A stretch of DNA of 64,000 bases, taken from NCBI GenBank assembly GCA_964016885.1, contig OZ024740.1:256494001-256558000 (forward strand), read 5' to 3'. A program made the translations under genes and the position numbers. The stretch comes from Eledone cirrhosa. Lineage: Eukaryota. The notes below the pieces were generated by a model, which was not told the DNA's origin, ran no database searches, and worked only from the letters and a program-made list of their open reading frames with translations. Shown piece by piece: positions 1-12,138 of this stretch; position 1 is the first letter of the stretch; each line of letters opens with the position of its first letter.

Positions 1-305
1 CGATTATGTTCAGAGCCATCCTCAGCATCCTCAAGTAGCACTCATCCACCATCTGAGTGAGCCTATTTGTGTGCAAGTCTCAGACCCGTAGAGCAGCACA
101 GACTCCACTGTAGCGACGAAGAGATGGGTTTTTATGAAGGTCCGACTTCCACACCAGTCTCAAACCTTGACACGCTGCCGTGGCTTTATTCTTCCTCTCC
201 AACATATCATCTTCTATGTTCCCAATCTTTGCTTTTAGATACAGGAATTCCTCAAGCAGTTCTAGCGGCTTCCCGCCCGCATTCATAATCTTCTCTGGCT
301 TCTTG
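1..305 (-). mobile_element. RTE-clade LINE fragment (C-terminal RT region), degenerate
   Basis: Minus frames read EEFLYL...KATAACQGLRLVWKSDL and, after a frameshift, LFVATVESVLLYGSET, the typical RTE post-RT motif. Confidence 0.7.
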
Positions 306-333
306 ATGTTCTCTACCAAATACTTAAAAAAGA

Positions 334-415
<82 letters not shown>

Positions 416-417
<2 letters not shown>

Positions 418-495
418 GGGTGGCCCACCAGAAATGTTTACAAACTTCAACAGCATTTTCATGAAAGTGTGTATACATGTTTTGGGGTCACCCTG
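416..495. mobile_element. ~80-bp Tc1/mariner-type miniature element
   Basis: Imperfect TIRs (T)AGGGTGGCCCA...TGGGGTCACCCTG with TA on both sides, inside (TA)n. Confidence 0.55.
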
Positions 496-526
496 TATAT
501 ACATACATACATATATATATATATAT

Positions 527-590
<64 letters not shown>

Positions 591-592
591 GC

Positions 593-639
<47 letters not shown>

Positions 640-646
<7 letters not shown>

Positions 647-890
647 ATACTTTGGAAGAGTCATGTTGCCAATAAAAACACACGCACCTTTTGGTTTTCA
701 CTTCAATCTATTATACATTTCCGGTTGGTTGGTTTGATAACGGAAGGTTGTTTATATATTGTCAAAGCTCTTCCGTCACACATTCTGTGACCTCCCCAGT
801 GACTAGGTTTATATTTTGTATGTCTCCATCTTGTTTTTGTGTGTTGTGTGTTGTGTGCTTAGCTCCTGCATGCGTTACATCGAAGTATAT
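640..890 (-). mobile_element. 3' end of PLE-derived family B with degenerate hammerhead
   Basis: TTGTTATACTTTGG...GTCATG(T/C)TGCCAATA recurs at 23805, 30180, 51755, 57235 and 57724. The 23765 copy is continuous with a minus-strand GIY-YIG fragment. Confidence 0.6.
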
Positions 891-1056
891 AATCGGAGTA
901 TATAATAAAGGTAAAAACGTAAATATGTTACCAGAAGTTTGTCATAAGAACATTGGGAGGATAGATGATATGGGAAGTAAGCATAAGTATCAATATTTAT
1001 ATAAGAAAAGATAGCAAAGGCTATATCAGATTTTCAAAGAAAAGCACATTATATAT

Positions 1057-1337
<281 letters not shown>

Positions 1338-1369
1338 AGATCAAAAGATGGTTAAAGGAGTTCAATGTA

Positions 1370-1436
1370 TTTTATTATGCGCATTTCAAAAACAAACATC
1401 ATCATGCAATAATATTTGTGTTTTCATCAGATAAAA
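1370..1436 (-). ncRNA. Type I hammerhead ribozyme (PLE pLTR type)
   Basis: Minus: TTTTAT-CTGATGA-AAAC...GTTTTT-GAAA-TGCGCA-TA-ATAAAA. Palindromic stem III; near-identical to the 5329 and 5522 copies. Confidence 0.75.
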
Positions 1437-1525
1437 CAGGAGAACATGATATGAAGGCTACATATATATATATATATAGATGAGATTCTGCAGGACTAGA
1501 ACTGCTTCAATATTTAGAAATCATC

Positions 1526-1692
1526 GGTAGAGGGTCAGACGCCATGCTTTCCAGCATAGTTACGTCCCTTTACGATCTGAGTTCAAATCCCGCCGAGGTT
1601 GACTTTGCCTTTCATCCTTACGGGGTCGATAAAATAAAGTACCAGTAATGCACTGGGTAATTTTCTGGCCTTGTGCCTAACGTAGAAACAAT
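1526..1692 (+). mobile_element. 5'-truncated SINE with 15-bp target site duplication
   Basis: TATTTAGAAATCATC at 1511-1525 and 1693-1707 flanks the SINE body. Confidence 0.85.
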
Positions 1693-1715
1693 TATTTAGA
1701 AATCATCAGGAATCA

Positions 1716-1768
1716 GAGATTCCTGATGATTTCTAAAGAATGAAACAGTTCTAGTCCTGTAGAATCTC
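1716..1768 (+). ncRNA. Type I hammerhead ribozyme
   Basis: GAGATTC-CTGATGA-TTTCTAAAGAAT-GAAA-CAG(TTCTAGTC)CTG-TA-GAATCTC; GUA cleavage triplet; weak base of stem II. Confidence 0.65.
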
Positions 1769-1826
1769 ATCTATATTAAAACTTTTATACTCTGCAATGT
1801 ATTGAGTACCTTAATAACGAAATAAC

Positions 1827-1945
<119 letters not shown>

Positions 1946-1988
1946 CGATATTAAATAAATGGAAACTATATTTATAAAACCATATTTA

Positions 1989-2050
1989 TTTCATTATATA
2001 TATTTCAGGGATATCATATTAAAAATATGGTATGCCTTCATCAGACAAAA
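1989..2050 (-). ncRNA. Type I hammerhead ribozyme in PLE 3' pLTR
   Basis: Minus: TTTTGT-CTGATGA-AGG...CCT-GAAA-TATATA-TA-ATGAAA. Confidence 0.7.
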
Positions 2051-3415
2051 TACAATATAAACAGTCTTATAAATAGATAGATTTGACATACCTTACACTT
2101 CAACTTCCATTTAAAAAGTTGATTTGGTAGTGAAAAATGTTAGGGACAGTTATAGAGAAAAAAAAAGAAAGAAAGAAAGAAAGCGAAGAAAAAGAAGAAA
2201 TGCATGCAACGAAAAACAGAGAGAGATAGATATAGAGAGATAGATAGAGAGAAGAAATTCATGTAAAGAAAAACAGAGAGAGATAGATAGAGAGAGAAAA
2301 AACAGAGGGAGATAGATAGAGAGAGAGAGAGAAAAGAGAGAGAGAGAGAGAAAAAATAGTGAGAGATAGATATAGATAGAGATAGAGAGAGAGAGAAAAA
2401 TAGGTAGTTGGGCACCAGTTGAATGACGTATCAATGATATATTTATTTCTTTATTTCTTTATTTAGTTCTAGTATTAAGGTAGAGAGAGATATATGTGGT
2501 TAGGAGAGAAAACAGCCGTTACATAGAGAGAAAAGAAAAATATCCAGAGATAAACGAGGCAGATTTAAAACATTATGTTTCATCAATCTAAAATATCAAT
2601 TCGTATGAATTAGGTATTATAATGTAAATATCAGTATTCATGAATGAGACACGTATCAATAATGTGTGAAAAATAATGATCATATGTCTAGTTTAAAATT
2701 CCTAGGTTTATAATCAGAACTGAGTTAAAAAACTGAGGTAAAAACTTAAAAAAAAATTGAAATACATAAGTATATATGCACTTTCATGAAAAAAGAAAAA
2801 GAAAATAGATGGTTATCCCAGATTCGATACTATAGACATCCATGTGAATTTACGTGATCAACTCTGCAAATTCCTATTTCACATGAAAACATTCTCATTG
2901 TGCTATAAAAATTCTAGTATACATATATGTGTACATATACACCAATATATATAGAATCTACATTAATTTTAACAATAATATTCTTGTCTTTACTCTACAT
3001 GATTATCGTTCAAGCATAAAATAGACAACAGATATCAATATATCAATAAAAATATTAAAAATATTAAAAAATAAAACACAGTATGCCCCGCAAATCAACC
3101 ACAGAATCTACCCTTCAAATTTAATTGACAATATATTGCCAAGTTCATTATAAGCATCAGAATCAAAAGCATACAAAACCAAAATTATTCACCAAATCCT
3201 GTCTAGCAGAAATCATTCCAAAAGTTTAGGATACCCATTTGATCTACAGATGGTCTTATATTTATTATAGAAGTTTATCTAGTGTAAAATTTATTCGATA
3301 TATTTGGAGCATCATCTTTTAGGGTAGTTTAATTATTCATGAAGAAGGTTTAAAAAAAGAAATCGAAAGATTTATCGGCGAGTTTCATAATAATTACAAA
3401 TCATAAGTAAATATA

Positions 3416-5047
3416 CTACATTTTAAATTTATATTTATATTTAAAAGTTGAGTTCAATCTATGTCTGCAGCAACTGAATAAATTTGTCCGTAAATTAAGG
3501 GAATTTTTAGATTTTAGTATAAAGAATATCTCCTCCGCGCAGAGGTCACATGTCTCAGAGGATGAATTAAAAGGAATCCCTCTTGAGACTATATTCCAAG
3601 CCGTCGAATACCCAACGTTATCATGCTTAAGTTGCCAGAGTAAGCCTGATAGTGATGTTGAAGATTTTTTGCTTGGATCTGTGAAAGAATTCTTGTGGTT
3701 ATTATAGCGAAGTTTAAATTCTGTCGAGGTGGAACCAACATAGTTAAAAGAATTTAAGTCCGTTTTAACATTACAGTTGTATATTATATTTATAACTAAG
3801 CAATTGTTATTTAACGGACATTTAGATATATCTCTACAGTTACATTTGTTTACTTGGATATTATTTAGGCTATTATCGGTATTTTGGCTAGGTTTTAAAT
3901 TCCTATTATTTATTCTATTAATATTTTGTGCTAAATTTTTGGTGGATGAGTAAGTTAATTTTATAGTATGTCTATTGAAAATTGAGTGATACTTATGTGT
4001 TCTAGGGAAGCGATTATCAAGAGCATTAAAAAATAGTTTAGCGATGTGGGTTTTAATGTTTAGTGAGAAAGGGGGGGCAAACCATATTATATTTCTAGTT
4101 CTATTTCTTTTTTGGCTTTTGGAATTATTGAAATGCTTTCTATTATAGTTGTTAAAGTTGTTGCCGTAATTAAAATTGTTGTTATTTTGGTTAGTTTGTC
4201 TATTATTATCTATGTACATAATTTTATCACTATATCCTGCTCTAGCTAACGCTTCATTGTAATACTGGGCTTTTTCGTCGAAAATCTTTTTATTAGATGA
4301 GATTCTAGAGATACGTTTTTGAACAGAGTTCACTATAGTATTTTTAACAGATCTGGGGTGGTTAGAGTTAAAACTGACATAGTTTAAGTTTTCATTCAAC
4401 TTGTGAAATGGATAGTGAAGACATGTGTTGAGATTTAATGTTACATCTAGGAAATTGACTATTCTATGGTTATTCTCAATTTCTATTTTTAGATTAAAGT
4501 AATTAAAAAATTGTGTAATTTGTTTTCTTTTTCTATTTAGTTCAGAGTTATTATTTTCAATAAGTAAAAGCATGTCATCTCTATATAATCCTCCGGTAAC
4601 ACCGGGTATTTTCCTATGCAGCGAATTGATTATAAATAGGCCCACAAGGTCCGTTACCTGAGCTGAGTCGGATGATCCCATAGTAATGTCGAAATTGTTA
4701 TCTCTATTTGCTCTGGTCTATAGTTGGTTATTAAATTCTATCAATGTTTTCCTAGCCGATAATATAATGTGCATTTCATTGCTAGTTAGGTCTGTATGTT
4801 TGAATGCGTAATTTAGTGCCTTATTTAGTAGATTAGGGGTAATAGATGAATAATAGTTAGCAATATCTAGTTGAATAAATTTATTATTATTGTTATATTT
4901 AATTTCTTTAAACCACTCAACAACCTCTCCAGTTCCCTTCCACAAGCTCAAGTTAGGTAAACAATTCAAGTTTTTAATTTGCTGTATCACCCTGTCTAGA
5001 ATGTTTTTGCTAAGTTTACCCGGGTCAGATTTTGATGGTGCAATCAA
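3416..5047 (-). pseudogene. PLE reverse transcriptase + GIY-YIG endonuclease (Naiad-like), one in-frame stop, N-terminus missing
   Basis: ORFs 4718-5047 and 3416-4681 share a frame. Motifs: LDIANYYSSI, MGSSDS, LYRDD, VNFLDVTL, linker CNCRDISKCP, IIYNC...NYVGST...LRYNNH, CDLCAEE. Confidence 0.9.
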
Positions 5048-5137
5048 TCTAACTGGCAGGTCATTTTCACTTGTTGAGTGCTTTTATATCAGTTATAAAT
5101 ATTTACTCGTTGTAACCCAACAATTTAAATAAAACTT

Positions 5138-5202
<65 letters not shown>

Positions 5203-5288
5203 GTAGGAGGTGAGTTTTATTGTAGTACAATAAAGCAATGCAGATATCGGATAAGAAGCACTCTACAGTTTGTGGGACTGGAGTATGC

Positions 5289-5628
5289 ATAATATAAGAT
5301 CAAAAGATGGTTAAAGGAGTTCAATATATTTTATTATGCGCATTTCAAAAACAAACATCATCAAACAATAATATTTGTGTTTTCATCAGATAAAACAGGA
5401 GAACATGATATGAAGGCTAAAAAAAACACTTGTTGATAGTGCAGTTTTAAATCAACATATGTTGATTTAAAACTGCACTATCAACAAGTGTTTTTTTTAG
5501 CCTTCATATCATGTTCTCCTGTTTTATCTGATGAAAACACAAATATTATTGTTTGATGATGTTTGTTTTTGAAATGCGCATAATAAAATATATTGAACTC
5601 CTTTAACCATCTTTTGATCTTATATTAT
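5289..5628. repeat. 340-bp spacerless palindrome carrying two divergent hammerheads
   Basis: 170-bp arms centred on ATCAACAT|ATGTTGAT (5458/5459); HHRs at 5329-5395(-) and 5522-5588(+). Confidence 0.95.
5522..5588 (+). ncRNA. Type I hammerhead ribozyme (mirror copy at 5329-5395, minus)
   Basis: TTTTAT-CTGATGA-AAAC...GTTTTT-GAAA-TGCGCA-TA-ATAAAA. Confidence 0.75.
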
Positions 5629-5811
5629 ATGTATATATATATATATATATATATGTAGAAGTTGTATTTAATTTGTTTGAATTCCGATAAACATAAATGT
5701 TTATAACTGATATAGAGCACTCAACTATCTGAGCACTGACTATCCAGCGAATTTCCGACCGTTAAGGTTGATTTCCATGGGTATGTCGTTATTTATAAAA
5801 CAAATTTTGTA

Positions 5812-5863
5812 TTTTATCTGATGAAAGATTGGCTTGAAATATAAATAATAAAATAAATATGGT
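5812..5863 (+). ncRNA. Minimal type I hammerhead ribozyme
   Basis: ATTTTAT-CTGATGA-AAG(ATTGG)CTT-GAAA-TATAAA-TA-ATAAAAT. Downstream sequence matches the reverse complement of 1955-1988. Confidence 0.65.
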
Positions 5864-6054
5864 TTTATAAATATAGTTTCCATTTATTAATAACTTGGTA
5901 TATATATATATATAATAGTAGAACACTGGAGGGTTATATCCGTAATAGTAGAGCACTCAGTCCATGAGTTTGGTAGAAGTAGTTCCACAACAGGGTACAC
6001 TAACTGTTGTGGAACTACTTATATACATATACGTATATATATATATATATATGG

Positions 6055-6676
6055 TAAATTTCTTTAAGTCGTTTGGAAGCCTCGACAATGTAGATGGGTA
6101 AATCGCCGGGTAACAAGATCCGGTGGTGGAGAGAGAGATGTAAGTGGGTGTACGTTGAGATGCGTGGCGTGTATAAGACTGTAACGTGTAGAGGAATGAA
6201 GCGAAGAGCGTAAAGGATAAAAATAAAAATAACAACACGAGAAAGAGTTACCTTGGGAGAGATTTAATTGTCCCTATATATTTCGGATTCACATCCATCA
6301 ATTGGGTTTTTTTCCGGAGGGGGGGGGGGGAATGTTTCTGTCGGAAAGGTGATATTCAAAACAACGAACAGCGGAGGACACGTTTCGCACCTTTCCGACA
6401 GACGACCCCCTCCCCGGAAAAAAACCCAGTTGATGGATGTGAATCCGAAATATATAGGGACAATTAAATCTCTCCCAAGGTAACTCTTTCTCGTGTTGTT
6501 ATTTTAATTTTTATCCTTTACGCTCTTTGCTTCATTCCTCTACACGTTACAGTCTTATACACGCCACGCATCTCAACGTACACACACTTACATCTCTCTC
6601 TCCACCACCGGATCTTGTTACCCGGAGATTTACCCATCTATATTGTCGAGGCTTCCAAATGACTTAAAGAAATTTA
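6055..6676. repeat. Inverted repeat, ~290-bp arms, ~36-bp spacer
   Basis: TAAATTTCTTTAAGTC... mirrored by ...GACTTAAAGAAATTTA; inner ends TCTGTCGGAAAGGTG / CACCTTTCCGACAGA. Confidence 0.9.
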
Positions 6677-6746
6677 TCTTATCATTCCACAATGCTTCAA
6701 GCAAACTTCAATACTCTCATATATATATATATATATATATATGAGA

Positions 6747-6851
<105 letters not shown>

Positions 6852-6901
6852 TATATATATATATGTATGAGAGTATTGAAGTTTGCTTGAAGCATTGTGA
6901 A

Positions 6902-6952
<51 letters not shown>

Positions 6953-6954
<2 letters not shown>

Positions 6955-7173
6955 TATGTATACGTACATACATATATGTATACAGACGTACAGTAATATG
7001 TATATATATACATACATGCACACATATATATGTACGTCTGTTTACAAACAATCTGAGCATTATAATATGTGCTCGGTAAATCCATACGTACATATATATA
7101 TGTCTGCATGTATGTATATATATACATAATACTGTACGTCTGTATACATATATGTATGTACGTATACATACTT
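6953..7173. repeat. Inverted repeat of TA/CA-rich sequence (~68-bp arms)
   Basis: AAGTATGTATACGTACATAC... mirrored by ...GTATGTACGTATACATACTT. A second short IR pairs 6688-6720 with 6867-6899. Confidence 0.7.
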
Positions 7174-7227
7174 TTATTTAAGTAACAGCCGTACTAAGAG
7201 TGAGAAATGGAATTTCGTTTCATTTTT

Positions 7228-7271
<44 letters not shown>

Positions 7272-7759
7272 GTTTATATATATTTATATATATAATTGTT
7301 TCTACTTTACGCCCAAGGCCAGCAAATTACCCAGTGCATTACTGGTACTTTATATATAATGAGGTTTAATTTGAAAATCTGTTACCAAGAAGGATGGAAA
7401 TGAATAAATTTATTCATCAGTAAATAAACAATAATAATAACAATAAAAATTACCTCCACAACAGCAATACCTCTCTAATCATCACAATAAAAACACCTGT
7501 AAGAACACCATCAGGCGATTTTTTTTTTCTTTTATTAACATTAAGGAGATCAGCTGAAATTATGAATATGTTTCCGTAATCGATCGGTCAGACCGAGTGT
7601 TAATCTGCTGCAGGCGGCGGGAAAGTGTATGTTAAATTTATTTGGCACCCATCATTTTCTTTTTTCCACAATATATGGTATTAAGTCTTTAACAGCGAGC
7701 ATTAACCACGCTAAGCATTGTAACTCCCAGCATAAATATACGTCTCATTATGAATGACA

Positions 7760-8230
7760 CAAACTAAAGAAAAGTGCAGTCCAAATTGTCTAGAAGGATC
7801 AAAATCAAACTGTTCCTTGGAACTGTTGAATCCATACATTTGTATGGCAGTGAAACATGGGCACTAGCTGAGTTAATAATCGGGCTAAACATCTGCCAGA
7901 TAAGGATGCTACGAATGTGAAATGGCGGCAACATATGATAAATAATTGCCTTTATGGAGATCTGCCAAATGTCAGCGAAAAGATCAAGCAATGACGACTC
8001 CGCATATCTGCTCATTGTGTGCGACACACTGAACTGGAAACATCTAAATTAGTCCTTTGGGATCCATTTCATGAGGTTGTAAGGAGAGGAAAACGCAGAT
8101 ACACCTATATCAACAACCTGATCAAAGACATTAGCCTGCACTACGTCCAGGAACTCAAGGCAATAATGTTGGATCAATACGTGTAACGGAGGAACTGTGT
8201 ACTGCGGCCCGAGTTGAAACCGACTAAGAA
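7760..8230 (+). mobile_element. RTE-clade LINE 3' fragment
   Basis: Translates to LSRRIKIKLFLGTVESIHLYGSETW. Confidence 0.65.
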
Positions 8231-9263
8231 GAATATAAGCGACCATCCTCAAAGTCAATGGCGAATGCTCCAGTTGTTTCAACAATGGAATAGCTTGCAC
8301 GTGAAATTAACGTGCAAATAGTTGAGCAATCTACAGATACGTGCACCCTTAACATAGTTCTCAGGGAGATTCAGTGTGGAACTGTGCGTAACAAGAGTAG
8401 CCCTTTCAGTCATTGGCACAAATTGTCAGCTGGGTGGGCTGGCGCCTTTTGAAATAAGATGACTGGTATAAGGACACAATGCCACTAGTCATATATGACG
8501 ACGCCTCTGATTTGGAGTCCTAAATTAAAATTCATATTTAGTAATAAATAAACAGGCAGAGAAAAAAGAAAAAAAGGAGGTTTGAGAATTAAATAAAAAC
8601 GAAAAGGTGCGGTAGCATACTCTACATCCTTAGTGGCGATAAATGCGTACTTAGATACGTTCGGTAGACAAGATAGACAACGCATTGCCGTGGAGAACAG
8701 CCATTTCATATCACTGGACTCCTTTCTCGGGAGAGATGCCTCCTCCCATCCCTATTTTCCAGTCTCGATGACAACAGACGTAAAAAAGGCAGAGTCGGGT
8801 CCTTAATTACCTTTCTTTCCTCTGAGTTACAGACAACGGTACGGCGTTAAGGGGGTAATGTGGTACGGTGATGAAATAGGCATGAAAGAACAAGTCACAC
8901 AATATGTGGCACCCCAGATCAGAGACAACCCCTTGAAACAGAAAAAACGGTTACTCTATCTACGAGTCTACTGCCACATGGCTGCAATTGCGTCGGTAGA
9001 CATTAGCCATCTAGTCAACTTCCAAATATATCCTTCAAGATTGCACATCGCGGGAACTGATCTGCACTGGATTAGTCCGACTTTATATTTAAAACAGAAA
9101 TTTCATTGATCAATATATGACCAAACAGACCTCTTGTAACATTTTTTACCTGAGTGACCTTTCACATTTCCTCATTTGACCTGTAGTCATTATTGCGAAA
9201 CATAATTCTCACAAAGAGCAACAAAAGAAATTTGAACACCTCATACATACATACATACATACA

Positions 9264-11490
9264 GATGAACAAGCAGCTGGAAAGAAAGGGGTTTGGGGAT
9301 GTGCTGAACAACTCCTAATCAACAAAACTGCGATGTCGGAGGTGCGACAACTTAGGAGGAATATGACTACAGTCTGGCTGGACTACAGGAAATCTTTTGA
9401 TTCTGTTCCCCACTCTTGTATGATAGAGGCCCTCCAACTTGCTAAAGTCCCAGACATTATTGTCAGAGCCATAGAGAGGCTGTCTTCTTCTTGGGCTACT
9501 ATCCTAAGGTTAAAGACAGAGAGGGAGGACTCTATTTTCACTGATAAAATAAAATATTGCAGGGGTATATTTCAGGGGGACAGTAATATTGTTCATCTTG
9601 TCATTAAACCCCTTGTCCTTTCTGCTCAAGAAATGTGAGGGATACATCATTGGCTAACAGGAGGACAGAAATACGAACCAAACCCATAATTTCTTTGTGG
9701 ATGATCTGAAACTCTATGCGAAGAACATGGATGGGATGAAGAAAAATCTTGACCTGGTTACAACATTCTCAAAGGATATAGGGATGGAGTTTGGCCAAGA
9801 TAAATGCTCATACATGACTGTAAAGCGGGGAAAAACAACAACCCAATCTAGCAACATTGTCACCAATGGCCTAACTGTTTCACCGATATCTGATGAGGAC
9901 TGCTACAGATACCTGGGGATAGATGAGAACATATCCTATAATGGTATCTGTAATAAAGAACGCGTAACCAAGGAATACTACACCCGATTAAGAAAGATCT
10001 GGTCATCGGAACTCTCTGCGCAAAACAAAACAGTGGCTCACAATGTGTTTGCTGTGCCTGTCCTAACACCAACGTTTGGAATACTCAATTGGACGATAGA
10101 CGAAATCCGAGCAGTTGACGTTGGAACTCGAAAAATACTGAACAACACCGGAAACTTCCACATCAACAGTGACACAGAACGCCTTTACTTGAAACGTAAG
10201 CAGGGAGGCAGAGGCCTAACATCAGTCCAGACAACATTTGAATGTCGCATCATATCTCTCCGACAACATCTACGAACCTCGAAGCGTAGGAGCCCGTCTC
10301 TCGAGCAAGTCTATCTGCATGAAACAGATAAGATCATAAGAGTTGGGAAGGAACTCCTCGAGAGATATTCCCTGTGTGATAATCAAAAACTCACATCCAG
10401 GGAAGTCGCTCAGCAGTATCGCAGTGAATCCATGGATGAAAAACTGCATACTTATCAGCAAAAAATCATGCATGGATATGTTGCCAGGAAGCTTCCTAAT
10501 ATGGATAAGGAAAGTAGTCTAACTTGGACCAACAACTGCTATATTGGCTCCCACTTTGAGGGATACTCTTTTGCAATCCAGGAACAGGAGATTAACATGA
10601 AATACCTGATTCACAAAAGAGATAGGGATGCATGCAAAACACCTAGATGTAATAACAAGTGCAGACTCTGTAGAACTAACATCGAGGATATCACCCATGT
10701 CATCAGCAGCTGTCCAAATATGTCATCGCGGTACTATCTACCTATGAGGCATGATGTAGTGGCCAAAACACTGTACAATCCAGTTCGTAAAAAGGATAGC
10801 CCCGATAATAAACACATTAAAAGCTACAGCAATGTGGGAGACATCCATGTACATGATATGAAAGAGTACTGGTGGAATGTTCCAGTAAAAACCCCAATAA
10901 AATGCAGACATAACAGACCAGATATAATGATATGAGTCAGGGAAAAGAAGGCATGCACAGTAGTGGAGGTTAGCTGCCCAGCAGATGCCAATATAATCTC
11001 AAAGATTAGCGATAGGAGAATATTTATGCAGAACTGATGAGAAATCTGCAGATATTCCACCCTGATTACATCTTCAGATTTATGCCTGTGATTATTGGGG
11101 CACTGGGATATGTTAGTAACTGCCTCAATACAAATCTTGAGAAGCTTGGCTTCACAGGAACAGAAAGAACACAACTAATTAGGAAATTACAAGTACAATC
11201 CATTAATGGAACAGTAAAAATATGTAAAACATTCCAAAATGTGTGCATCTAATAACTGCATATACACATGTACAGATACAAATTGTATACACATGCACAC
11301 ATACAACTCAAAACATACACATCCACACATACAATAACATCCATATCTACACATGCATACATACATAATCTGCCTAGTTGATGTTGTGTAAATTCCAATG
11401 AGAGAGTCTTTTGTCTATGTTAGAAACCGACTCTCTCTCTATGGGGAAAACATTTGTGAAATTATAAAACCAGAACATACATACATATAT
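9264..11490 (+). mobile_element. 5'-truncated Dong/R4-like non-LTR retrotransposon (RT + CCHC + restriction-like endonuclease), disrupted
   Basis: WLDYRKSFDSVPH, RGIFQGD, FFVDDLKLY, GGRGL, CRLC..E...HVISSC, RHD, RPDI, VEVSCP; several stops and frameshifts; (CATA)n on both sides. Confidence 0.85.
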
Positions 11491-12138
11491 AGGTATGACA
11501 CTATTGAAGGCAATAATTCAACTTCCATCGACAGACAGAGAATGGTCACCTAAATCTAGCAGTAAACAGCCCACCAACAACCTAGCTGAAATCCAACCCA
11601 CTTCCACTGATGAACAGAGAGAATGGTCAGCTGAATCTAGCAGTGAATAGCTCAGCAACGCGTAGCTGAAATCCATAATTCTACTGTACAAACAGAACAC
11701 AGTCAATTTGTGTAGCCAAATCGCGACACATACAAACACACAGCTGTGACGAATATTAGAACGCTGGACTCCTATACTTTCTCCCTACTCCCCATTTTCT
11801 CAGTCATCACATACATGTGTATGTGTATTTAATAATTATTTTTTCTAAGTTTGTCTGTTTATATATATATGTATGTGTAGATTCGTGTGTATTTGTAATT
11901 CTATTGTCTGTGTAACTTTCTAAATATAAACACACAAACACATATACACCCACACAAATATTATATATAAATATAATTTACACAAAAACACATATACCCC
12001 CCCCCCCCCCCCCTCATACGTAATCATAACAGTCAATGTGTGTAGCTGATTCGCTATTACATATAGACAGACAGAGATGTAGTTTGTCATAACATTTCAT
12101 ATAACACTATCAATAGCATTATTAGTATTAGTCTAAAG

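Noticed and set aside
3325-3380. Hammerhead-like ATGAAGA...GAAA on plus; similar at 22408 and 59686
   Set aside because: Core substitutions, a G at the cleavage position, or no convincing stem I; relics at best.
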